Virus record (IMG/VR): IMGVR_UViG_3300011226_000001
Span: 204,225 to 268,224 of that record
DNA length: 64,000 nucleotides
Strand: one strand, 5' to 3'
Origin: a virus
Lineage: Duplodnaviria; Caudoviricetes
Position numbers and translations under genes: made by a program. This document shows, one piece after another, positions 27,070 through 35,159 of this stretch. Numbering within the stretch: position 1 is the first letter of the stretch; each line of letters starts with the position of its first letter. The notes under the pieces are model-generated. The model searched no databases. It worked only from the letters and a program-made list of their open reading frames with translations, and was not told the DNA's origin.

Positions 27070-28049
27070 ATCAAGTTGTAGCAAGAGACTTACTTCGCGG
27101 GCAGTCTCTTGCTGGTCCATAAACTCACGCGCTGTATTTCTTGGCGGCATGTGAGCCTCCAGCCGGTTTGAGCTTATGCTCTGTAATCGTGAGGACAACC
27201 CCGGCACCCACGTGATGGACTGTTGCTCTGTCGCTGACGCCCATAAGGCCCAGCTCTTTTCATCTTTGTGACATGGCACGGCAGCAGCCTCTAGGCACGT
27301 AGACTGGTGGAACGTATTCTCAACGTTGTGACCACTCTTTTAGGGATAGCAGTTCGCAGTTACGCTGCCTGATGCACATTGGCTGGCAATAACAGTGTGC
27401 ATTGGGGAGATATCTACTCTCCATGACAATTCCACCAGCTCTTTCCTACCGATGTACAACACGGTGAGGGTATGTAGTGTGTCATCCAGCGGACGACTCA
27501 GCACACTGCGTACAGGATTGAACTGTAAGAGTCTTAATGTGATAAACATCCGCGACCCTCATGGGTGCTGTGCCTTTTCACGGTATCTAGGGAGTAAAAG
27601 AACGTAGACGAGATACTCAAGTGATGTTGGGCGACGAGCGACTCTGCGTTTGGTCAAAGCTGTACACAGCCTGTTGAGCATTGCCCTTAACAATGTTCAA
27701 TGGAGTGTGTCCGCGCCATGCTGCCGTTGACGTGCTGCCATAGCTTGCCCACTTTTCCGGGTAGTGAAATATCGTATAGGACTTGTTAGCGGTCAATCGC
27801 GTTCCTACCACGATCTAATGCACAACAAGAGCGATTGTTAAAGAGTGTATCAACCACCGCAGATCACCGATGGGTCACCTCCTTCGCTTGAGCGATGCTG
27901 TTAGGGCATACGGAACTTTTCCACTTTTTCCGCCGTGTGTCCTTGATGTGTTGTTCTTGTGTGCGGTTTCCGCAGCCCAGGCGGTAAAGAGAGAAAGAGA
28001 GTTGAAACCCTAGTGATGTTGGGCGAAGGGCAACTCGAAGTAACTTGAT
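27070..28049 (+). ncRNA. candidate large structured non-coding RNA (~980 nt), family not recognised
   Basis: No credible CDS in an otherwise gene-dense region; ends pair (atcaagttg 27070-27078 with taacttgat 28041-28049); many nested stems whose imperfections are G-U pairs on the + strand; duplicated 15-nt hairpin loop. Confidence 0.7.
27620..28026 (+). repeat. exact 15-nt direct repeat AGTGATGTTGGGCGA (27620-27634 and 28012-28026)
   Basis: Read directly; both copies cap hairpins. Confidence 0.9.
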
Positions 28050-28077
28050 CGACATTTGCAAATGTTTTACTTACAGT
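28049..28077 (+). promoter_or_regulatory. sigma70-like promoter overlapped by a 14-bp palindrome
   Basis: TCGACA(28049-28054)-17 nt-TACAGT(28072-28077); palindrome ACATTTGCAAATGT at 28052-28065. Confidence 0.55.
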
Positions 28078-28096
28078 AGAGACACAAGGAGCAAAC

Positions 28097-28255
28097 ATGA
28101 TTTTGTTCTACGTGTCGCTGATAGCAATCGTGATGCTTGGTCACTTGCTATCATGGTCCGAGAGTCACTTACAGTTGCCGTTTGATGCGGCTTCACTCTC
28201 GGTCAGTCACTCCGGCTTAGTAGCTTCGGCTACCGGGCACTCGCTTCGGGTGTGA
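28097..28255 (+). CDS. 52-aa small protein with hydrophobic N-terminus (below ORF-track cutoff)
   Basis: AAGGAG RBS at 28086-28091; MILFYVSLIAIVMLGHLLSWSESHLQLPFDAASLSVSHSGLVASATGHSLRV. Confidence 0.5.
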   Translation: MILFYVSLIAIVMLGHLLSWSESHLQLPFDAASLSVSHSGLVASATGHSLRV

Positions 28256-28284
28256 GGGAGTACGCGACACAAATCCAAGCATAG

Positions 28285-28320
28285 AAAGCGGGTGGCCTTC
28301 GGGTCGCCCGTTTTCGTTTC
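28285..28320 (+). terminator. rho-independent terminator with C(UUCG)G loop
   Basis: aaagcgggtggcc-ttcg-ggtcgcccgttttcgtttc. Confidence 0.85.
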
Positions 28321-28333
28321 TACTGCACACAAA

Positions 28334-28341
28334 GCTAATTT
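28334..28341 (+). promoter_or_regulatory. GCTAATTT putative late-promoter motif
   Basis: Between the terminator and the PAAR gene, 28 nt before ATG. Confidence 0.55.
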
Positions 28342-28363
28342 GTGCCTAACAGAGGAGAATATC

Positions 28364-28654
28364 ATGGGACAGAAAGCTATTCGACTAGGCACTGACCTGT
28401 CTACTGGTCATAACGGTTACTTCCCTGTTGTTCCGGCACAAGCATCGTCTAACGTGTTCGTAAATGGCAAAGGTAGTGTTCGTAATGGCGATAAGTACAA
28501 GCCACACTGGAAACCGAAGAAGCCACCTCATACAGGTACCGCTATCTCAAACTCCAGTGTGCGTGTCAATGGCAAGCCTGCCCAGCGAGCCGGTGACCCA
28601 AACAGTTGTGGTGACACTGCTTCTAACGGCAGCTCTAACGTGAGATTTGGCTAA
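28364..28654 (+). CDS. PAAR-repeat spike tip protein (gp5.4-like)
   Basis: GAGGAG RBS; AIRLGTD...SSNVFVNG...VRVNGKPAQRAGD...CG...GSSNV. Confidence 0.88.
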   Translation: MGQKAIRLGTDLSTGHNGYFPVVPAQASSNVFVNGKGSVRNGDKYKPHWKPKKPPHTGTAISNSSVRVNGKPAQRAGDPNSCGDTASNGSSNVRFG

Positions 28655-29076
28655 TGGCAGGAATCGGAGTTCGACTGATAGACGTGCCCATTAGTGAGCG
28701 CATCTATTGTGATATCAACGCGTGGATTCAACTCGAACCTCGCGATAACGTGCAGAACATGGACAGCATCGTCCAGAAGATTCTGATGGTAATTGGTACG
28801 CGCAAGAAGTCCCGTAAGTGGCGTGAGAACTTCGGGGCAGACGTGTATCAATATCTCTTTGAACCGTTCGACCAGACTACAGCAGACTGGATTGCAACGT
28901 ACATGCGCCTCGCACTCGAAGACCCATACAATGGTCTGACGCAAGATGTAACTGGTGTGCAGACAGCGTGTACCATGAGCGAACAATACGAGCAGACCTA
29001 CGTGTGTATCGTCACATGGCGTTGTCCTAAGCTCGAAGACAAACAATCCATTACGTTTGCAATGAGGGCACAGTAA
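28654..29076 (+). CDS. baseplate wedge protein (gp25-like)
   Basis: IGTRKKSRKWRENFGADVYQYLFEP motif. Confidence 0.8.
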   Translation: MAGIGVRLIDVPISERIYCDINAWIQLEPRDNVQNMDSIVQKILMVIGTRKKSRKWRENFGADVYQYLFEPFDQTTADWIATYMRLALEDPYNGLTQDVTGVQTACTMSEQYEQTYVCIVTWRCPKLEDKQSITFAMRAQ

Positions 29077-29077
29077 C

Positions 29078-30541
29078 ATGTCCATGCTTAATACATACAC
29101 GACTCATGAGGAGTTTGCACAAGACTTCCTGAATCGTATTAACAAGTCCAGCTACTGGACAGACGCACAGGTAAGTTCATTGACTGCGTTGCTTGCTGAT
29201 GCGCTTGGTGATCTCGGTGTGACGAACGCCTATGCGTCTTTGATTGCAGCGCGTGAGGCATTCAGTAGACTGGCTCGTCGTAACTCGTCCGTACTCGCTA
29301 ACGCCCGCTACTTGGGTGTTGATATCGGACGCAAATCTGTGTCTACCGTGACTGCATCCGTTGTCAATCTGACTTCGGTGAAACAGTCATACGATAAGTA
29401 CACACCATTCACTATCGGTAACTTTAATGCGTTGCTTGCAGAAGTTACGCAGTGGGAACCCGGCGAAGTGAAGAACGTTGACTTCATTATCGGTGAAGTG
29501 TTTACGTTCAGCCAGATTGTACCTAACACTGTCGATTACATGTCGATTCGTTTGGGTACAAGCAACTTCCAACTGACTGACGATCTGCGTGTCTGGTTCG
29601 AGCATCCTACCGGCACGAAGATTGAGTTTCAGCGTTTCACTAAGTGTCTGTTTGAAGCGTATGCTGATCAGCAAATCTTCCTTGACGTAACAACCGATGA
29701 CGGTGACGTTGAGATTCAGTTTGGTGGTGAGCAGTGGGGCGCACAGCCGCCAGCTGGCTATACGTTGAAAGTGCAGGGCATTAAGTCTCTTGGTGCTAGT
29801 GGAAACACAGACAGTATCGGCCTGAAAGTACAGTGCTTGTCTAACCCTCAGCTTCAAGGTAAAACAGTTAGCGCTATCTTAGGCGGCTCTGACGAAACGC
29901 CTGTCGATTACTATCGCAACTACGCACCAATCGTTGGTCGCAGCCGCAAGAAGCTGATCCGCCGTGACGAGTGGAAAGCTGCTATTGCGCTTTACCCTGA
30001 TGTTGCTGACGTTATCGTTCAAGGACAGGCAGAGATTGCACCTAACGATAAAGAGTGGCAGGGTGTTGTTCGTGTGTGCGTACTTCCTCGCAATACGAGC
30101 ACGTGGGGCGGCATCAACCCTAACCCTACTTCTGCCCAGTGGAGTAAGTTCCTTAACTGGCTTGCGCAGTTCAACAGCCCTCTCGATGTGCAATCGTGGA
30201 ACCCTGATAAGCTACAGATTGACTGCATCTTGAATGTGTCTCTGTATGCTGATGCTCCCGGTAACCGTGAGTCGAATCAGGCCACACTCGAACAGTCCGT
30301 GCTTAAACTGTTTGAGCGTCGCCCGGGAATGCTGGGTAAACGTCTTGCGCTGTCTGATATCATGGACCGTGTGTTGTACGACTGGACAGACCCTGATAAC
30401 CCTGTGCGTCGTCCGGAAGTAGACTACTGCAACATCGAAAGCCCTGTTCAGGATATCATTCCTAACACGATTCTCGAATACGTTGCGCTGCGTAACCTTC
30501 GCATCAACATCCTGTATAGCGAAAGGAAGATGAACCAGTGA
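29078..30541 (+). CDS. baseplate wedge protein (gp6/J-like)
   Basis: AREAFSRLARRNSSV, IQFGG, SLGASGN and GGSDET motifs. Confidence 0.85.
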   Translation: MSMLNTYTTHEEFAQDFLNRINKSSYWTDAQVSSLTALLADALGDLGVTNAYASLIAAREAFSRLARRNSSVLANARYLGVDIGRKSVSTVTASVVNLTSVKQSYDKYTPFTIGNFNALLAEVTQWEPGEVKNVDFIIGEVFTFSQIVPNTVDYMSIRLGTSNFQLTDDLRVWFEHPTGTKIEFQRFTKCLFEAYADQQIFLDVTTDDGDVEIQFGGEQWGAQPPAGYTLKVQGIKSLGASGNTDSIGLKVQCLSNPQLQGKTVSAILGGSDETPVDYYRNYAPIVGRSRKKLIRRDEWKAAIALYPDVADVIVQGQAEIAPNDKEWQGVVRVCVLPRNTSTWGGINPNPTSAQWSKFLNWLAQFNSPLDVQSWNPDKLQIDCILNVSLYADAPGNRESNQATLEQSVLKLFERRPGMLGKRLALSDIMDRVLYDWTDPDNPVRRPEVDYCNIESPVQDIIPNTILEYVALRNLRINILYSERKMNQ

Positions 30542-33500
30542 AATCAAACACTCTAGCCTTTAACATTGACTTCATTGAAGCCAACGAAGCATGGGCAGAG
30601 TTGTTCGAGATACTCGATGCACACAACGACGAGCAGAACCTTGAGACAATCAAGCAACTGTTAAACATTCGTCGCATCAATGCGGATTCAAACGACGAGC
30701 TGGCCGAAGCGAGTATTCGCCAGCTCGGTATCAACATCACGCGCGACCTGATGCAGTATCGTTTGCCGACATTGAAACGTGTTATCGACTGCTTACCTGA
30801 CTGGCAGCAAGTATCTGGTACAACTCAGTGGCCTCGATTTGTGAGCATGTTGTTAGGTGGTCAGTTCGATGCCTCTCGCTTATACACTGCTGACTATCAA
30901 ACGTTTGTGCCTACTCCTCTTGGTGCTCTTATCCAAGATGGCGGTACGTGGTACAAGTCAAACAAGGTTAACCTCGAAGTTGACGCGCAACTGATTGATG
31001 GTGGTCTTGATCTGACGATCACAAAAGACGCCGAGAAGGATGTTGTTAATGCGCTGCAAGAAGTAGGCATGACGCAGCAAGAAGCAGAAGACTGGTTCAA
31101 TAACCACATAGGGTTTGAGCCTGTCAACAACGATATCCAACAGTACACTGCGCGTTCTGCTATGTTCTATCGTCGCATCGCAGACCTGTTCTATCAGTGG
31201 GCGCCTATCGAAGAAGTCCTCGAAGGTGTTTATGCCGCAATCAACCTGAGTGCTAAACTGTATCTAGGTGCGCACGTTGTTGTCGAGCCTGTTAGACGCT
31301 TCATCGTTGGTGCACCTTTGCAGAAGTCTATCGCGTTCATTCAACCTGAGTTCATTCGTGGCGGTGAGTGGACGACGTTCGGTGCTGTTATCCGTTACAG
31401 CGATAATACCGAGCAGACGGTCGAAGTGTGGGTAGAAGACAGTTCGTGGATTGCAGAGCGTGACGGTAATGCAGTGCGCTTCAATGAGCCTCTTGCGATC
31501 TCTGTTATCAATCTCACGCTGTCCTACAATGGCACACAGCAAGCGCTTGAGTCTCGCATCTATCCTATGGGTGTTGAGCCTGACCCTGACGAGCTTGTTA
31601 TTGAATGCCCTACGTTGTATGGCAATGCGAGTGCGAAAGTCCGTGTGTACGGTAAGTATCTTGCCACAGGTTCGACGAAAGAGCTGACCGATAGCGGTAT
31701 GATTGCGCTGTCTGCTACTCTCGGTACGTTCAACGGTACGACTCTCAATCTGCCTAGCGTCGATGCTGACTCGAAGATCGATATCAGCGTTGCGTTTCAA
31801 GGTCAGTTTGATATGTCCAAGACGCAGGAGTTCGATGTTAATCGTAGCGTTAAGGACCTAGTGCCTACTGAACTGCGTATCATCATTGATGACGAAGTGC
31901 CACAAGGCGAAGAGATTGCGCTCAAGTATGCAGTGACATACAACGATGGAACGTCAAAGTTGGGCACCGCTCAGGCGCGTACCACCAGCGAGCACACGGA
32001 AATCGTTGAGAACGTTTTGAAGTCTAAGGTCATGCGTTCTGACTATTTGACTTCTATCTATGCCGTGTTCGGTGAAGTTACTCCTGTTGAAGCAGTGAAG
32101 CAGGTTGTGATGAAAGCGCCCGACATTAAGCTGGCAACGATTGACCTCGTTGTGCCTGAGACGGTTGTTGAGCGTGATATCGTTCGACCAAAAGCAATGG
32201 CGCTGTATGTTCTCGCGTCTGCTACTCAGGCCCAGATTGATGCGCGTGACCCATCGATCGTGGTTGCTTACACCGAAGTGTTCGGCATCTGGTTCAGTAG
32301 CGAAGACAAAGCAACGTCTGTTAATGCTATCCCTCGTGTTGATACACAGACAGGTGAGTTCGAAGCGCCTCTGGTTAGCGGTGATGCTGTAAAATATGCT
32401 CTGAACTTCACGTTTATTGATGGTAGTTCTACGGTAACGTTCAACCGAATCATTCTCGTTAATGACACGATCATGATTCCTAAGTCAGTTGACCTGCGTT
32501 CCAGCCCAACAATCAGTAGCGGTAGTACGCTGATGCTGCCTGTTGTGTGTTTGTGGAATAACGGCCTGTCTTATGCTGCTGCGGCTGCTGTTAAGGTTGA
32601 ATACATTCCGTCTGCGTCTGCTATCGAAGAAGCGAGACAGCGTACAATCCGATTACAGCAACAGGCAGTTGAACAAGGACAGGACCCAAGTCAGTTCGAC
32701 CCTGATCATCCTGACTACGCTCGCTGGGTAACGTTGACTGTTAGCCTCAGTAACAACACGGTGTACGATCCAATCATGGGTCGCAGCGTAAAAGAGTATG
32801 TGCTTTACTATCAGGGTGACCTGCATGGCTCTGCGCGTATCAGCATGGAGTATGAGTTCGAGGGTACGCATCTCACAAACTACCGTGATCTGCAACTGAT
32901 ACCTACGCGCTCGCTGGTGGATAGTATCACAATCGAATGTCCTGACCTGATGTATGAGAAGTCACGCACGTTCGTTCGTCTGCTTGCAACCTACGCTGAT
33001 GGTAGTCAGGAGTATGTGACCGCCGCTGAGTGGGTAGGAAACTGGCCTGATAAAGAAACTGACGAGTACAAGTTCCTCCAGTTCTCGCCTGGTCGTTATA
33101 GTGGTATTGCTATCGTCGAAATCGTCGAGGGTCGCACACCGATTGACTATAAAGACTTCCGTGCAATGAATGTCAGCAAGCTGCCGATGTTCAACGCAAT
33201 AGGCAGTATCGCAGACCTGAGCAAAGCATACTTCGATGGTGCTATTCTGCAAACAGGTAAGAGCAAGTACGATTACGATACGGCTACTCAGGTTATCGCT
33301 TCATTCTTCCGAGTGAGCAATAAGATCGACCTAACCGTTTCGCCTCAGCCTAAGCAGAGCATTAACAACATCGTCAACAGTCGTATTGAGGGTGCAACGC
33401 AAATCAGTGCTGATGTGCTGTCCGAGTCATACACTCTGGTCAACACATACAAGACTGGTGGCATCGTTCGTACTCTTGACGGTTCGTATGCAGAGGACAC

Positions 33501-35073
33501 ACCGAAGACGTTCGACCTCGAAGTTGATTCTGAGTGGGCGGTACTTAATAACTATTATGTCCAGCCCGGTCCGAACAATACGCAGATGCTTGTGCCGACA
33601 ACTGATATCGTCGCCGAGATTGATGCTGAGGGTTCGCTTACGCCACGCCAGAACGTTAACGGTGCTGTGTTGATTCGCGCTCGCTATTCGTGCGACCAGT
33701 ATCAGATCGAGAAGACGTTGCTTGTATATCTCGTTCAGGCGAATACCTATCTGCGTTCAATCGGCATTACAGGCCCTGACGTTGTGTGGGATGTTTCAGA
33801 TCGTAACCCGACTATTGGTTACGAGAACGGACGCTGGTACGTGCCATTTGACCTGCGTGTCATCATCGACCCGGATTCAGAACTCATTACGACAGACGCT
33901 ATCTGGTCTATCGGTGACGAGACAAACGTTGATGGTGTATCAATCGATCCTCTGAACGGTCATTTGTTTATCGGTCAGTCTCAACTGTCAGACGGTGTGA
34001 TTAACCTCGTTGCTGTGTTCACAAAGCAGAATCCAGAATCGCTTGCTGATGAAACAATCACAGGTACTCGCACGATTCAGCTCCAGACACAAAACACGAT
34101 ACTGAACGGGTACATCGAAAACCCTCCCGGCAATATCAGCCCTAACACTGATTACCGCTTCACTGCGTTCTATACTCGACGCTCTGGCGCTACTGGCTCA
34201 AGCCGTTTGCCTGATGCGAACTCGGTTAAGTTCCAGTGGAACGTGATTGAATCTGTCAGTGGGTTCACGTTAGCACAAGACGGTACGTTCCGTTTCCCTG
34301 CTTCGAAAGACCCGCAGAAAGTTAAGGTTGAATGTATTATCACCGAACAGCGCACAACTATCTCGCTTGTCCAAGAGATCACATGCCCAGGCATTGGTTT
34401 CCCGCAAGACCTGACAGTTGGTGGCTACACGAATGTGCGTGATGATAGCTCAATGCAGATGAACGCATTGCTCGGTCGTACAGGTACGTTTGTGAAGGAT
34501 GACGTGTCGGCTAAATGTTTGTGGCAGATTACGAACAGTAAGGGTGACGTGGTGGATGTGCAAGGCATCTCTATCAACGCTCAGACTGGACGACTGACTA
34601 TAGGCATGTTGCTGAATGACACCGACTTTGGTGTTAAGGCAATCTACACTGAAGGTCAGCAGACGCTTACGCAGACGCACTTCATGAAAGCCATGTCCTC
34701 TTATCCGCGCTTCGGTATTGCACCTTTCGGCATCACTGGTGTGAGTATCGCACTCGCTCAGTTGCCTACGCGTTTACGTTCTAAGACAGGTGGCCAGTTC
34801 GTGTTGTCTACAAAACAAGACGAGTATGGTTACTTCGTTGTCCGACAGTCTTACGGGCAAGCTGTATTCAGCGCTGCCGCAGACAGTACGGGAACAGTGA
34901 ACAAAGGGTGGCAAGGGTTTGACGGTGCTCAGTGGCCTGTCACTGGCGATAACGGTAAGAAAGGTCCGATTGTTGGCAAAGTGGTTTACGATAACCTGAC
35001 AGAGAACGTCTTGATCTATCGTACAAACGCTCGTGCTTTCGGTTCCTCTGTTATCACTGTGCGTTACCAGTAA
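30538..35073 (+). CDS. large baseplate protein (gp7/I-like N-terminus plus Ig-like repeats)
   Basis: Follows the gp6-like gene; repeated Ig-like units (ATYADGS, VTYNDGT, IRYSDNT, W-S-I...GVSID...G). Confidence 0.65.
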   Translation: MKSNTLAFNIDFIEANEAWAELFEILDAHNDEQNLETIKQLLNIRRINADSNDELAEASIRQLGINITRDLMQYRLPTLKRVIDCLPDWQQVSGTTQWPRFVSMLLGGQFDASRLYTADYQTFVPTPLGALIQDGGTWYKSNKVNLEVDAQLIDGGLDLTITKDAEKDVVNALQEVGMTQQEAEDWFNNHIGFEPVNNDIQQYTARSAMFYRRIADLFYQWAPIEEVLEGVYAAINLSAKLYLGAHVVVEPVRRFIVGAPLQKSIAFIQPEFIRGGEWTTFGAVIRYSDNTEQTVEVWVEDSSWIAERDGNAVRFNEPLAISVINLTLSYNGTQQALESRIYPMGVEPDPDELVIECPTLYGNASAKVRVYGKYLATGSTKELTDSGMIALSATLGTFNGTTLNLPSVDADSKIDISVAFQGQFDMSKTQEFDVNRSVKDLVPTELRIIIDDEVPQGEEIALKYAVTYNDGTSKLGTAQARTTSEHTEIVENVLKSKVMRSDYLTSIYAVFGEVTPVEAVKQVVMKAPDIKLATIDLVVPETVVERDIVRPKAMALYVLASATQAQIDARDPSIVVAYTEVFGIWFSSEDKATSVNAIPRVDTQTGEFEAPLVSGDAVKYALNFTFIDGSSTVTFNRIILVNDTIMIPKSVDLRSSPTISSGSTLMLPVVCLWNNGLSYAAAAAVKVEYIPSASAIEEARQRTIRLQQQAVEQGQDPSQFDPDHPDYARWVTLTVSLSNNTVYDPIMGRSVKEYVLYYQGDLHGSARISMEYEFEGTHLTNYRDLQLIPTRSLVDSITIECPDLMYEKSRTFVRLLATYADGSQEYVTAAEWVGNWPDKETDEYKFLQFSPGRYSGIAIVEIVEGRTPIDYKDFRAMNVSKLPMFNAIGSIADLSKAYFDGAILQTGKSKYDYDTATQVIASFFRVSNKIDLTVSPQPKQSINNIVNSRIEGATQISADVLSESYTLVNTYKTGGIVRTLDGSYAEDTPKTFDLEVDSEWAVLNNYYVQPGPNNTQMLVPTTDIVAEIDAEGSLTPRQNVNGAVLIRARYSCDQYQIEKTLLVYLVQANTYLRSIGITGPDVVWDVSDRNPTIGYENGRWYVPFDLRVIIDPDSELITTDAIWSIGDETNVDGVSIDPLNGHLFIGQSQLSDGVINLVAVFTKQNPESLADETITGTRTIQLQTQNTILNGYIENPPGNISPNTDYRFTAFYTRRSGATGSSRLPDANSVKFQWNVIESVSGFTLAQDGTFRFPASKDPQKVKVECIITEQRTTISLVQEITCPGIGFPQDLTVGGYTNVRDDSSMQMNALLGRTGTFVKDDVSAKCLWQITNSKGDVVDVQGISINAQTGRLTIGMLLNDTDFGVKAIYTEGQQTLTQTHFMKAMSSYPRFGIAPFGITGVSIALAQLPTRLRSKTGGQFVLSTKQDEYGYFVVRQSYGQAVFSAAADSTGTVNKGWQGFDGAQWPVTGDNGKKGPIVGKVVYDNLTENVLIYRTNARAFGSSVITVRYQ

Positions 35074-35076
35074 AAT

Positions 35077-35120
35077 AAAGGGAGTCCGGAGCTATATGTT
35101 CCTGGCTCCCTTTTTGTTTT
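35077..35120 (+). terminator. rho-independent terminator
   Basis: aaagggagtc...ggctccctttttgtttt. Confidence 0.75.
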
Positions 35121-35122
35121 AT

Positions 35123-35130
35123 CGTAATTT
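35123..35130 (+). promoter_or_regulatory. TAATTT putative late-promoter motif
   Basis: Directly after the terminator, 35 nt before ATG35160. Confidence 0.5.
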
Positions 35131-35159
35131 ATGACAGTTAAAACCCAAGGAGTTCTTTG

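Noticed and set aside
27304-27438. tRNA or tmRNA suggested by TTCCACCA on both strands
   Set aside because: No T-arm (GTTCRA) or acceptor stem fits; the two sites are simply the arms of one long-range helix.
27620-28026. CRISPR or mini-array interpretation of the 15-nt repeat
   Set aside because: Only two copies, 392 nt apart, too short for a CRISPR repeat, and no cas genes in the window.
27191-28219. RNase P-like fragments (GAGGACAACCCCGGC and CCGGCTTA)
   Set aside because: The conserved GAGGAAAGUCC and the P4 pairing are absent, and the fragments fall in what look like separate units.
27007-28392. Short ORFs of 61-90 aa listed within the non-coding gap
   Set aside because: No convincing RBS, atypical composition, mostly minus strand, and they overlap the paired elements.
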